Shown here: piece after piece, positions 11,491 to 21,012 of the stretch
Position numbering within the stretch: position 1 is the first letter of the stretch
Layout of the letters: the number at the start of each line of letters is the position of its first letter
Assembly (NCBI GenBank): GCA_019309485.1
Contig: JAFDGC010000002.1
Span: 2,328-66,327 of the forward strand
Direction: 5' to 3'
DNA: 64,000 nt
Origin: Deltaproteobacteria bacterium
GTDB taxonomy: Bacteria > Desulfobacterota > Desulfobacteria > Desulfobacterales > UBA2156
The notes under the pieces: model-generated
What the model was told of the DNA's origin: nothing
Database searches by the model: none
Seen by the model: the letters and a program-made list of their open reading frames with translations, nothing else
Made by a program: the position numbers and the translations under genes

Positions 11491-13181
11491 AAAATCGCCC
11501 CTTCCTTTCGTGCCGGTGATTTGACGATGGCGCCGGCCGCAGCCGAGGACACCATTTTGGCGTACCGGGCCAGATACCCTTTGTCGATTTTCAAAGCGGG
11601 TGCTTTCCAGCGGGATCTGCGCTGCTGCAGAACCTCTTCCGGGACCTGCAGGTCGACCCTTTTACCCGGAATATCGATGCGGATGGGGTCCCCTTCTTCC
11701 ACGAGGGCGATGGGACCGCCCTGCATGGCCTCCGGGGAGATATGGCCCACGGCGGCGCCCCGGGTGGCGCCGGAAAATCGGCCGTCCGTCAACAGGGCCA
11801 CGCGGGCGTCCAGTTTCATTCCGGCGATGGCGGAGGTGGGGGTCAGCATCTCCCGCATGCCGGGCCCGCCCACGGGGCCTTCATACCGGATGACGACCAC
11901 GTCTTTTTCCCTGATTTTTCCGTTCAAGATGGCCTCTGTGGCTTCTTCTTCCGAGTCAAAGACCCGGGCCGGGCCTTCGTGTACCTGCATTGTTTCGGAG
12001 ACCGCCGACTGTTTGACCACGCACCCTTCCGGCGCCAGGTTGCCGAACAGGACCGCGAGTCCGCCCTTTAAATGATACGGTTGATTCAGAGGCCGGATGA
12101 CGTCCGCGTCGAGAACCCTGGCCGATGTCAGATTTTCGGAGACACTTTTTCCCGTTACGGTAAGGGTATCGGGAAAAAGCACACCGGCTTCAGATAGTCT
12201 TTTCATGACCCCGGGGATCCCTCCGGCCCGGTCCAGGTCCTCCAGGTGATGTTTTCCGGCAGGACTCATGGAGCATAAGTGGGGGGCGGTTTCGCTGACG
12301 GTGTTGATCCGATCCAGATCCATGGGGATGCCGGCCTCGTGGGCAATGGCGGTCAGGTGGAGGACGGTGTTGGTGGAGCATCCCAGGGCCATGTCCACGG
12401 CCAAAGCATTGTGGAACGCCTTTTCCGTCAGGATGTCCCGGGGGCGAATCCCTTCTTCAATGAGTCCCACAATCCGCATTCCGGAAGCTTTGGCCAGGCG
12501 GATCCGGGCGGCCATCACCGCCGGGATGGTTCCGTTTCCGGGGAGGGCTAGACCCACGGCTTCGGTCAGGCAGTTCATGGAGTTGGCGGTGAACATGCCG
12601 GCACAAGAGCCGCAGGTGGGGCACGCCGCGTCCTCCACGGCGTCCAGCTGGGCTTCCGTCAAGGTATTGCCCCGTACGGCGCCCACGGATTCGAAGACCG
12701 TGACCAGGCTGATTTTTTCCCCTGTTTCGGGGTGGATGCCGGCGAGCATGGGCCCCCCGCTGATCACGATCGCCGGAAGGTCAAGGCGGGCCGCGGCCAT
12801 GAGCATGCCGGGGATGATCTTGTCGCAGTTGGGGACCAGGACCAGGGCGTCAAAGGCATGGGAAAGGGCCATGACTTCGATGGAATCGGCGATGAGTTCC
12901 CGGCTGGCCAGGGAATATTTCATCCCCACATGGTTCATGGCGAGGCCGTCGCACACCCCGATGACGCCGAATTCCACGGGCGTCCCCCCCGCCATGTAGA
13001 TTCCGGCTTTCACCGCATCAACGATCTTGTCGAGGTGGGTGTGGCCGGGGATGATGGTATTATAGGAATTGGCGATGCCCACCAGGGGGCGATTCAATTC
13101 TTCGGGGGTATACCCCATGGCTTTGAAGAGGCTCCGATGGGGGGCCCGCTCGATCCCTGCTTTCACCTGGTCGCTCTTCAT
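11487..13181 (-). CDS. ilvD: dihydroxy-acid dehydratase
   Basis: [26 protein letters not shown] and [16 protein letters not shown] motifs; AAGGAG RBS before ATG 13181. Confidence 0.93.
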   Translation of the reverse strand: MKSDQVKAGIERAPHRSLFKAMGYTPEELNRPLVGIANSYNTIIPGHTHLDKIVDAVKAGIYMAGGTPVEFGVIGVCDGLAMNHVGMKYSLASRELIADSIEVMALSHAFDALVLVPNCDKIIPGMLMAAARLDLPAIVISGGPMLAGIHPETGEKISLVTVFESVGAVRGNTLTEAQLDAVEDAACPTCGSCAGMFTANSMNCLTEAVGLALPGNGTIPAVMAARIRLAKASGMRIVGLIEEGIRPRDILTEKAFHNALAVDMALGCSTNTVLHLTAIAHEAGIPMDLDRINTVSETAPHLCSMSPAGKHHLEDLDRAGGIPGVMKRLSEAGVLFPDTLTVTGKSVSENLTSARVLDADVIRPLNQPYHLKGGLAVLFGNLAPEGCVVKQSAVSETMQVHEGPARVFDSEEEATEAILNGKIREKDVVVIRYEGPVGGPGMREMLTPTSAIAGMKLDARVALLTDGRFSGATRGAAVGHISPEAMQGGPIALVEEGDPIRIDIPGKRVDLQVPEEVLQQRRSRWKAPALKIDKGYLARYAKMVSSAAAGAIVKSPARKEGAIL

Positions 13182-13212
13182 CGGTCGTTTCTCCTTGCGA
13201 TAAAATGAAATC

Positions 13213-13251
13213 AAAAAAAAATCCGTTACCGGCCAGGGGCGGGTAACGGAT
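13213..13251 (-). terminator. intrinsic terminator of the ilv leader (attenuator)
   Basis: On the minus strand, AAUCCGUUACC...GGUAACGGAUU (10-11 bp stem) is followed by a 9-U run. It ends about 30 nt before the ilvD start. Confidence 0.7.
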
Positions 13252-13274
13252 TTTGAATTTGTATTTGTGTTGTG

Positions 13275-13373
13275 CTATGCCATTACCAACCCCTGTTCCT
13301 TCCGGCTGCCGATGAGGATTACCGGAAGGAGGAGAATAAGAATAAGGTTGATAATGGCGAACAACGGATTCAC
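13275..13373 (-). CDS. putative ilv/leu leader peptide (32 aa)
   Basis: AAGGA lies 7 nt before the GTG. It translates to MNPLFAIINLILILLLPVILIGSRKEQGLVMA, where 13 of the 15 residues at positions 7-21 are Ile/Leu/Val. Too short to appear in the ORF track. Confidence 0.6.
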   Translation of the reverse strand: MNPLFAIINLILILLLPVILIGSRKEQGLVMA

Positions 13374-13411
13374 AACGGATTCCTTAATCGAAAAATTCCT
13401 TTTATGGACTT

Positions 13412-13440
13412 CAGATAACAGCGGCAAAGGGTGGTGTCAA
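13412..13440 (-). promoter_or_regulatory. candidate sigma70-type promoter for the ilv leader
   Basis: Minus strand has TTGACA (13440-13435), a 17-nt spacer, then TATCTG (13417-12). The -10 element is weak. Confidence 0.3.
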
Positions 13441-13561
13441 GTGAAAAATGACGAAATCGCATGAACCCTTTTGTTCCCGCCGTCCTGCCCGCCCGCCGGG
13501 GGAACCAGTTGCCTTTTTTTTCCGAAAAGGCTTGGACGGCACCCGCAAAAAAAATTAGGAA

Positions 13562-15835
13562 TCAAGATTTTTCCTTGTAAGTGCACCCCGGGGTTCTGCA
13601 GCTGAAAAACGTGCCGTCCCGTTTCGAGGTTTTTTCCACCAAAAAGTCGGCGCCGCACGCGGGGCAGGGTTTGGGAACGGGTTTTTCCCAGAGGGCGAAG
13701 GTGCATTTGGGATACCGGCTGCACCCGTAAAAGAGTTTTCCCCGTCTCGAGGTTTTTTCCACCAGATCCCCGGCGCAGCCCGATTCAGGACATTTCACAC
13801 CTGTTTTTCTCTCCGAATGTTCCGGTGCCACGGATTTGGTGTTTTTACACTCCGGATAACCGCTGCAGGCCAGAAAGTTCCCGTACTTTCCTTGCTTGAT
13901 GCGCATGGGACGGCCACATTTTTCACAGTTTTCGTCCGAAAGTTCCCCTTGGTTCTGGCCGTTGATCTGAATTCGTCCTTTTTCGTCACGCAGATAATTG
14001 GCCGTGAAGGTGCAGGCGGGGTATTGATTGCAGGCCAGAAAGAGTCCGTTTTTTCCCATCTTGATATGAAGCGCCCCGTCCTTGCAACCGGGACAGTTCA
14101 GGCCGGTGGGAACCCCGATCGCTTTCAGGCTCACCATGCCTTGGGCGGCCTGCTGAAAAGAATGCTGGAACTCTTGGTAAAAATTGGTGATCATCTTCAA
14201 GTAGTCCATTTCCGCCGTCTCGATTCGGTCCAGATGATCCTCCATCTTTGCGGTAAAATCCACGTTCACGAGATCCGGAAAGCTTCCCACCACCATATCA
14301 TTGACGATGAAGCCGAGTTCGCTGGGGCGGAAATAGCCTTTCACCAGGTCCACGTATCCTTTTTCCCGGATGGTGGAAAGGATCGCGGCGTAGGTGCTGG
14401 GCCTGCCGATACCGTTTTCCTCCAACTCCTTGACCAGGGAGGCTTCCGAAAAACGGGGCGGAGGCTGGGTAAAATGCTGTTTGGGTTCCAGTTTTTTCAG
14501 GTTAAGGCGCATCCCCCTGGAAAGGGGCGGGAGCGTCTCTTTTTCTTCTTTTTCTTTCATTTCGTCATCGACGGATCGATAAAGGGTCATAAATCCCGGA
14601 AAGCGGATCGTGGAACCGCCGGCCACGAACCGGTAGGGTCCGGCGCCGATGGCGGCGGTGACCTTGTCGATGAGGGCGGGCTTCATCTGGGACGCCACGA
14701 AGCGTTTCCAGATCATCTCATATAGGGCCAGTTGATCCTTGTTCAGAAACGGGGCCACCTTTTCGGGGGTGTTGTATACGGAAGTGGGGCGGATGGCTTC
14801 GTGGGCATCCTGAGCTTTTTTCCGATTCTTGAAGATCCGGGGTTTTTCCATGGCAAAGTCGGGGCCGAAACGTTCCTTGACGAGGGTGATGGCGGCTTCG
14901 GCGGCCTCTTTGTTGATGCGCACCGAATCGGTTCGCATATACGTAATGAGGCCCACCGGTTCTCCCGGACCCAGTTCAATGCCTTCGTAGAGTTGCTGGG
15001 CGAGGATCATTGTCTTTTTGGCTGAAAACCTCAGCTTCCGAATCGCGTCCTGTTGTAATTTACTGGTAATAAAGGGCGGCTGGGGAGCTTGAGAAACGGT
15101 CTTTTTGACCATTTCTTCCACGATAAAGGACCGGTCGTCTAAATCCGCGAGGATCGCCTTGCAGGAGGCGTCGTCGGGAATCCGGATTTTCTTTCCGGCT
15201 TTTTTGGAAAGCTTTGCGGAAAAAGACGGTGGGGCATCCGCCAGAAGGTGGGCGGTAACGGACCAGTATTCTTCCGGTGTGAATGCCTGGATCTGGCGTT
15301 CCCGTTCACAGATGATGCGAACGGCCACGGATTGGACGCGGCCGGCGCTCAGCCCTTGCTTGACCTTCCGCCACAGCAACGGGGAAATGTGATATCCCAC
15401 GAGTCGATCCAGGACGCGGCGGGCCTGCTGGGCTTCGAACTTATGTGGATTGAGGGCTTCCGGGGAGCGGATTGCGGACAGGATGGCGTTTTCCGTGAGT
15501 TCATGAAAGAGCACACGGTGAAAGTGCCTTCCTTTTTTTTCGAGTACCTCCGCGGTATGCCATGCAATGGCTTCCCCTTCCCGGTCCGGGTCGGGGGCCA
15601 GATAGACATCCGTGATGTCTCCGGCGGTTTGTTTGAGGGACCGGATCACCTTTTCTTTCCCGGGGATGGTTTTATAGACCGGTTTGAAGCCGCCCTCGAT
15701 GTCGATACCCATCTCCTTTTTCGGAAGATCCTTGATATGACCGACGGTGGCGGCCACGGCATAGGCGTTGCCGAGATATTTTTTCAAGGTTCTCACTTTC
15801 GTGGGCGATTCCACGATGACGAGGCTCTTTTTCAA
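13562..15835 (-). CDS. topA: DNA topoisomerase I
   Basis: TOPRIM start MKKSLVIVESPTKV; 757 aa; C-terminal Cys4 zinc-ribbon repeats. Confidence 0.95.
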   Translation of the reverse strand: MKKSLVIVESPTKVRTLKKYLGNAYAVAATVGHIKDLPKKEMGIDIEGGFKPVYKTIPGKEKVIRSLKQTAGDITDVYLAPDPDREGEAIAWHTAEVLEKKGRHFHRVLFHELTENAILSAIRSPEALNPHKFEAQQARRVLDRLVGYHISPLLWRKVKQGLSAGRVQSVAVRIICERERQIQAFTPEEYWSVTAHLLADAPPSFSAKLSKKAGKKIRIPDDASCKAILADLDDRSFIVEEMVKKTVSQAPQPPFITSKLQQDAIRKLRFSAKKTMILAQQLYEGIELGPGEPVGLITYMRTDSVRINKEAAEAAITLVKERFGPDFAMEKPRIFKNRKKAQDAHEAIRPTSVYNTPEKVAPFLNKDQLALYEMIWKRFVASQMKPALIDKVTAAIGAGPYRFVAGGSTIRFPGFMTLYRSVDDEMKEKEEKETLPPLSRGMRLNLKKLEPKQHFTQPPPRFSEASLVKELEENGIGRPSTYAAILSTIREKGYVDLVKGYFRPSELGFIVNDMVVGSFPDLVNVDFTAKMEDHLDRIETAEMDYLKMITNFYQEFQHSFQQAAQGMVSLKAIGVPTGLNCPGCKDGALHIKMGKNGLFLACNQYPACTFTANYLRDEKGRIQINGQNQGELSDENCEKCGRPMRIKQGKYGNFLACSGYPECKNTKSVAPEHSERKTGVKCPESGCAGDLVEKTSRRGKLFYGCSRYPKCTFALWEKPVPKPCPACGADFLVEKTSKRDGTFFSCRTPGCTYKEKS

Positions 15836-15862
15836 AACGTCCGATTCCTTTGCTTTACTTTA

Positions 15863-16984
15863 TCACCCGTTGCATCGGATGAACTGTTTCCCGGGCATTT
15901 GCTTCACCTTACCCGTCAATTCGAGTTGTAACAGGATTCCGGCCAGCTTCCCCGGATCCATGGCGAGTTTCCGGACCAGGTCATCGATATGCGTGGGATA
16001 AGGTTCCAGGGCGGCGAGCACTTTTGATGTGTCCGGATCCAGGGATTTCGATGGACGTCCATGTTCGGGACGCGCCGCTTTTTTCCGTTGAATCTCCGGC
16101 GATATTTCGACGCCCACGCGCGGACCGATTTCTTCCAGGATGTCCCCGGCGTGTTCCACCAATTTGGCACCCTGCTTGATGAGGGAATGGGTACCGGCAC
16201 TCTTTTGAGATTGGATGCTTCCAGGGACGGCGAACACCTCCCGGCCCTGTTCCGCGGCCAGCCGGGCGGTGATGAGAGAACCGCTTTTTCGGGCGGCTTC
16301 CACTATCACGGTGCCGAGACTCATCCCGGCGATGATGCGGTTTCGTTTGGGAAAATGGTGCGGCAGCGGTTCTTCGTATAAAGAGAACTCCGAGACCACT
16401 GCGCCGTTTTCGGCGATTTGATCAAAGAGTTTTCGGTTTTCCCGGGGATAGATCCGCTCCAGGCCGGATCCCAGCACTGCCACGGTCCTGCCGCCCCCGG
16501 AAAGCGCTCCCTCATGGGCCGCCGTGTCGATGCCGCGGGCCATGCCGCTGACAACCGTCAGTCCATAGGCGGCGAGTTCCGAACAAAGTTTGCGGGTGTT
16601 GGACAAGCCGTAGGTGGTGGCGTTCCGGGATCCCACCACGGCCAGGCAGGCGGCTTCCCCGTCCAGTTCGCCGCAGCAGTATAAGAACAAAGGCGGGTCC
16701 GGGAGTTCCCGCAGCAGGGCCGGGTACTGTGGATCCTTCAGGGTCAGGATATGAAAATTCTTTTGGATTGCACGATCGATTTCGCGCTTGAGGGTATCCG
16801 ATACCCGGTGGGTCGAAAGGAGTGCGGCCAACGTGGGCGTCATCCCCGGGACTTCCAAAAGTTCCTTTCGGGGGGCTTTAAAAACATGATCCGGAGACTG
16901 GTACCGGTCGATGAGCCGTTTGCACAGCAGGTCTCCGATTCCCGGAACGCTTTTCAGGGCCAACCAAGGCAGGAGGGATTCCAT
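15863..16984 (-). CDS. dprA: DNA processing protein DprA (Smf)
   Basis: LKSVPGIGD HhH motif, Rossmann-like GMARGIDTAAHEGAL, C-terminal wHTH. Confidence 0.9.
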   Translation of the reverse strand: MESLLPWLALKSVPGIGDLLCKRLIDRYQSPDHVFKAPRKELLEVPGMTPTLAALLSTHRVSDTLKREIDRAIQKNFHILTLKDPQYPALLRELPDPPLFLYCCGELDGEAACLAVVGSRNATTYGLSNTRKLCSELAAYGLTVVSGMARGIDTAAHEGALSGGGRTVAVLGSGLERIYPRENRKLFDQIAENGAVVSEFSLYEEPLPHHFPKRNRIIAGMSLGTVIVEAARKSGSLITARLAAEQGREVFAVPGSIQSQKSAGTHSLIKQGAKLVEHAGDILEEIGPRVGVEISPEIQRKKAARPEHGRPSKSLDPDTSKVLAALEPYPTHIDDLVRKLAMDPGKLAGILLQLELTGKVKQMPGKQFIRCNG

Positions 16985-16987
16985 CCT

Positions 16988-18028
16988 TCAGCGCTTTTTG
17001 GGCCCCACTTGGAAGGTCAGAAGGAAGGGACTGGCGATATAGATGGAGGAATACGTCCCCACGATGACCCCCACCAGGAGGGCGAAGGCGAAATCATGGA
17101 TGATACCGCCTCCGAAAAGAAACAGGGCCAAGACAACGATCAATGTCGTCAGGGCGGTCAGGATGGTGCGGCTCAAGGTTTCGTTCACGCTCCTGTTGAT
17201 AATGAATTCGAGAGTGTGTTTGCGATATTTTCTTAAATTCTCCCGAATCCGGTCGAAGATGATGATGGTGTCGTTGAGGGAGTACCCGATGATGGTCAGG
17301 ATGGCGGCGATGATGGGAAGGGAGAATTCCTTGTCGAAAAGGGAGAACAACCCCACCGTGATCATGACGTCATGGACCAGGGCCACGATGGCCCCCATGG
17401 CGTATTTTAAATTCAGCACCCAGAACAGTACCAGCGTGACGATCATGGCGGCCACGATCAGGACGGGGATGCTGACCTCGATCAGGTCGAGGAGATAGAC
17501 GGCGCCGATGAGGACGCCGGCCATGACCCCGCTTAACAGCCATTTGAGCTCGAAACGTCCGGAGATATAGATGGCGATGAAGAGCAGGGAATAGAATATG
17601 GCAAACAGCGCCTTTTCCCTGAGGTCTTTTCCCACCTGGGGGCCCACCATTTCCACACGGCGGATGTCGGCTTCTTGACTGATGGACGATTTCAGGGCCT
17701 TTTGAATTTCACCGGAAAAGGCTTCGGAGGTTGTCACAGCCCGGTCGATACGGATCAAGTATTCATGATCGTCTTTTTCGCCGAAGGTTTGAACCGTGAC
17801 CCCTTCCAGGCCCATGGAGCGGAGTCCGTCCTTGATATCCGAAATGGAAACCGGGGAGTCGAACTTGATCTGGACCACCGTACCCCCCGCAAAATCGATG
17901 CCGAATTTCGGACCCCCATGATAAAGCAGGGAGGCAACGGAGACAAGGATCATGACGGCGGAAAAGATAAAGGCGATCTTCTTCTTGCCGAGAAAGTCGA
18001 TGTTGATGTCCGGTTTGATGAATTGCAT
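16988..18028 (-). CDS. secF: protein translocase subunit SecF
   Basis: MQFIKPDINIDFLGKKK; six-TM SecD/F fold; SLNDTIIIFDRIRE motif. Internal ATG 18028 preferred over 18076. Confidence 0.9.
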   Translation of the reverse strand: MQFIKPDINIDFLGKKKIAFIFSAVMILVSVASLLYHGGPKFGIDFAGGTVVQIKFDSPVSISDIKDGLRSMGLEGVTVQTFGEKDDHEYLIRIDRAVTTSEAFSGEIQKALKSSISQEADIRRVEMVGPQVGKDLREKALFAIFYSLLFIAIYISGRFELKWLLSGVMAGVLIGAVYLLDLIEVSIPVLIVAAMIVTLVLFWVLNLKYAMGAIVALVHDVMITVGLFSLFDKEFSLPIIAAILTIIGYSLNDTIIIFDRIRENLRKYRKHTLEFIINRSVNETLSRTILTALTTLIVVLALFLFGGGIIHDFAFALLVGVIVGTYSSIYIASPFLLTFQVGPKKR

Positions 18029-18156
18029 CGTTATCGTCCTTTGGGGCGCCTGGATCAAAAGGACCGGCGCCTTCAATGACCGGAACGCTTCCCGTACGCC
18101 CTGCCTACCAAGGCGGGGTCGGAGGAAGCGATCTTGAAACGGTTATTTCCCTACAG

Positions 18157-18190
18157 GTCAGCCCCGCCCTTCAGGGCGGGAGGGCTCCAC
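18157..18190. repeat. REP-like GC-rich palindromic element, copy 1
   Basis: GTCAGCCCCGCCCTTCAGGGCGGGAGGGCTCCAC is near-identical to the core at 59123-59157; it abuts the secD stop. Confidence 0.65.
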
Positions 18191-19767
18191 TAAATACTGA
18201 TTCGCTTTACTTTCCGGTTGATTAATAAATAGTCAAAAACCACCCGGGTGAGAATCAGGGCCGTAAAGAGACTGGAGCACACCCCGAGGCTCAGGGTGAC
18301 GGCGAAACCTTTTACCGGGCCGGTTCCGAACTGGAACAGGACCAAAGCGGCGATGAGCGTCGTCACGTTGGCATCGAGGATGGTCAGTGAGGCCCGCTCA
18401 TACCCGGCTTCCACGGAGGCCCGGGCGGTCTTGCCCAAACCCAGCTCCTCCCGGATGCGCTCAAAGATGAGCACGTTGGCGTCCACGGCCATGCCGATGG
18501 TCAAGATGATCCCGGCGATGCCGGGGAGGGTGAGGGTGGCCTGGAAGCCCGCCAGGCCGGCGGCGATAAGGATAATGTTCACGGTAAGGGCCAGATTGGC
18601 GATCAGCCCGGATACTTTGTAATAAACGACCATGAACAAGACCACGATCAATCCGCCGATGGCCATGGAAAGCATCCCCTTACGAATGGAATCGGTCCCC
18701 AGGGAAGGCCCCACGGTCCGCTCTTCGATGATATCCACGGGGGCGGGAAGGGCTCCGGCCCGTAACACGATGGCCAAATCCCGGGCTTCTTCCAGGGTGA
18801 AATTTCCCGTGATGCGGGCCTGGCCGCCGCTGATTTTCTCCTGGATGACCGGAGCGCTGTAAACGTTTTGGTCCAACACGATGGCCAGGCGTTTCTTGAC
18901 GTTTTCCTCGGTGATCCGTTCAAAAATGCGCGCCCCTTTCTTGTCAAAAGAAATGGAGACGTAGGGTTCATTGTACTGGGAATCGATTTCGACCCGGGCT
19001 TCGGTCAGGTAAGCACCGGTGAGCAGGGAACGCTTCTTGACCAGATACGGGGTCCTGAACGTCCGCTGGGTCTTGGGATCGGTCTGCACTTGGTAGAGGA
19101 TTTCCGCCCCCGGCGGAACGGATCCTTTGAGGGCTTCTTCCACGGAATGGGTTTCATCGAGGAGCCGGAATTCGAGGAGTGCGGTTTTTCCGATGAGATC
19201 CTTGGCGCGCTGGGTGTCCTTGATGCCCGGGAGCTGAACCAGGATCCGTCTTTCCCCCTGGCGACGGATATCCGGCTCGCTGACTCCGAACTGATCGATG
19301 CGGTTGCGGATGGTCTCCAAGGCTTGGCTCACGGCCAGTTTCCGGATGTTTTCCTTTTCCTCATCGGGGAGATCCAAACGCACTAAAAGGGCGTCCCCCT
19401 CGCTTCTTCTTTCCAAGATCCGCAACTCTTTGAATTCTTCGTCCAGGAGTTTTTCAAACTCAGGAATCTGTTGCGGCGCTTCGATGCGGACGACAAGAAT
19501 ATCGCCTTTCACCTGCTCGGTGGAAATCCGGCGGATCCCTTCCTTCCAAAGCCGTTCCCGAAGTTCCTGAAGAACCCGTTCCATGGTGCTTTCCACGGCC
19601 TTCTGGGCGTCGACTTCCAGTACCAGGTGCATGCCTCCCTGGAGATCCAAACCCAGATTGATCCGCTTCCGCGGCCACCAATCGGGATTGAGGGTGGGAA
19701 GCAGATATACACAGGCGACGGCGATCACCCCGGCGCTGGCGATCGTTTTCCAAGATATGCGTTTCAA
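18190..19767 (-). CDS. secD: protein translocase subunit SecD
   Basis: 525 aa, large periplasmic loop, GIAGIILTIGMAVDANVLIFERIREE motif. Confidence 0.93.
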   Translation of the reverse strand: MKRISWKTIASAGVIAVACVYLLPTLNPDWWPRKRINLGLDLQGGMHLVLEVDAQKAVESTMERVLQELRERLWKEGIRRISTEQVKGDILVVRIEAPQQIPEFEKLLDEEFKELRILERRSEGDALLVRLDLPDEEKENIRKLAVSQALETIRNRIDQFGVSEPDIRRQGERRILVQLPGIKDTQRAKDLIGKTALLEFRLLDETHSVEEALKGSVPPGAEILYQVQTDPKTQRTFRTPYLVKKRSLLTGAYLTEARVEIDSQYNEPYVSISFDKKGARIFERITEENVKKRLAIVLDQNVYSAPVIQEKISGGQARITGNFTLEEARDLAIVLRAGALPAPVDIIEERTVGPSLGTDSIRKGMLSMAIGGLIVVLFMVVYYKVSGLIANLALTVNIILIAAGLAGFQATLTLPGIAGIILTIGMAVDANVLIFERIREELGLGKTARASVEAGYERASLTILDANVTTLIAALVLFQFGTGPVKGFAVTLSLGVCSSLFTALILTRVVFDYLLINRKVKRISI

Positions 19768-19914
19768 TGGTGTATCCCTTTCGATCGGATCCGATCTTTT
19801 TGAACAAGAAACGCCCCGAAAGGCGGTTTTTCATTCTTTGCGTGCCCGTGTATCCGGTGGACAAAGCGCGCAGAGAGGGTGTTGAAACGCCGTGTTCGGG
19901 GCTTTGTGAACCGG

Positions 19915-20283
19915 CTAGGCGGATTTCTTGTCTGGCTCCTTGGGGGGCGACGGAGCGGCAGCCGCCTGCACCAACGCCGCAACGTTTCCCCGATTCAATT
20001 TGATCCGGACTTTTTCGGCGATTTCCACCGTGAGGGTGTTTTCATCCGCTCCGGTGATTCTCCCGTGGATCCCTCCCGAGGTGATGATCCGGTCCCCTTT
20101 TTTCAGGCTTCCGATCATGGCTCGGTGTTCCTTGCTCTTTTTCTGCTGGGGGCGGATCAGGAGAAAGTAAAAGATGACGAACATTAAAATGAGGGGAATG
20201 AATGCCGTAAATCCGCCTCCGGCCCCTTGTCCTGTGGCTTGGCCTCCCTGGCCCATGGCGTACGCTAAACCAGTCAAAATCAT
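19915..20283 (-). CDS. yajC: preprotein translocase subunit YajC
   Basis: IPLILMFVIFYFLLIRPQQKKSKEHRAMI...KGDRIITSGGIHG; AAGGAGG RBS. Confidence 0.9.
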   Translation of the reverse strand: MILTGLAYAMGQGGQATGQGAGGGFTAFIPLILMFVIFYFLLIRPQQKKSKEHRAMIGSLKKGDRIITSGGIHGRITGADENTLTVEIAEKVRIKLNRGNVAALVQAAAAPSPPKEPDKKSA

Positions 20284-20336
20284 TGCCTCCTTGTGGGATG
20301 GTATGATCCCATCCGTGGGGATGGGGTTTTGGTGTT

Positions 20337-20369
20337 AAAAACAAAATCAAATTCCCGGTAAACCGGGAA
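20337..20369 (-). terminator. intrinsic terminator after the lipoprotein gene
   Basis: Minus strand: TTCCCGG-TTTA-CCGGGAA followed by TTTGATTTTGTTTTT. Confidence 0.7.
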
Positions 20370-20385
20370 AACGCTGAGATTTTCC

Positions 20386-21012
20386 TTAGGGTGCCGACCG
20401 CCATTCCATTTCAATGCGGCCGCGGACCCCGGTGATGCCCATCCGGATGGTCCCCTCTTCGGCCATGGATGGGGCCTTGGGGAAACGGACCCGATAAACG
20501 CTTTTCCATGGACTGATATAGGGGAAAAAATGTTTCATTTTAGCATCCGGCTTTTTTTTCTCGATGGATTCCGCGGGAACCTGAGTCCCGTCTCCCAAAT
20601 CCAGATAGATCTTCCAGGAGGATTCCTCCCGGTTAAAATCATCCCATTTTTTATCCGGGACGTAGGCGGCGATCATAAATTCGTGGAATCTCCGTGCACG
20701 CTCATCCTGTTCGGTTTGCAATTCCGTCGTTTGGGTTTCGTTGAATTGGTACACCCGGGCGTATTCCTTGACATAGGCCGTTCTGAAATCCCCGGATTGA
20801 TACGTGGCGTGGACCAGCAGCTCCAGATCGAGGCCCCGGTAGATCCGGCTTTCCCGGGTCCATTTTTCAAAGACCGGGGGATAGGTCCCCCCTTCGTAGG
20901 GTCCCTCCCATCCAACGAACCGCTTGACGGCACTTTGGCGGGTGCAGCCGGCTGCAAGAAAAAGGCTGACGGCCACCGTCAAAGCTGCCCATCGGTTTAT
21001 TCTAAACTCCAT
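20386..21012 (-). CDS. hypothetical lipoprotein
   Basis: Lipobox LFLAAGC after MEFRINRWAALTVAVS; no family recognised. Confidence 0.55.
   Translation of the reverse strand: MEFRINRWAALTVAVSLFLAAGCTRQSAVKRFVGWEGPYEGGTYPPVFEKWTRESRIYRGLDLELLVHATYQSGDFRTAYVKEYARVYQFNETQTTELQTEQDERARRFHEFMIAAYVPDKKWDDFNREESSWKIYLDLGDGTQVPAESIEKKKPDAKMKHFFPYISPWKSVYRVRFPKAPSMAEEGTIRMGITGVRGRIEMEWRSAP

Noticed and set aside
9973-12075. Very long ORFs antisense to well-supported genes. Examples: 9973..12075 +, 26273..27565 -, 28784..29914 -, 30366..31706 -, 47572..48636 +, 49192..50349 -, 53075..54133 -, 58824..60053 -.
   Set aside because: Their translations are Arg/Gly/Pro/His-rich low-complexity strings with no recognisable motifs. 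The opposite strand carries textbook enzyme motifs. Long antisense ORFs are an expected artefact of high GC content.
13267-13464. The 65-aa plus-strand ORF in the topA-ilvD spacer.
   Set aside because: It is antisense to the leader peptide, has no SD, and its sequence (RITGRRRIRIRLIMANNG...) mirrors the I/L-rich codons on the other strand.
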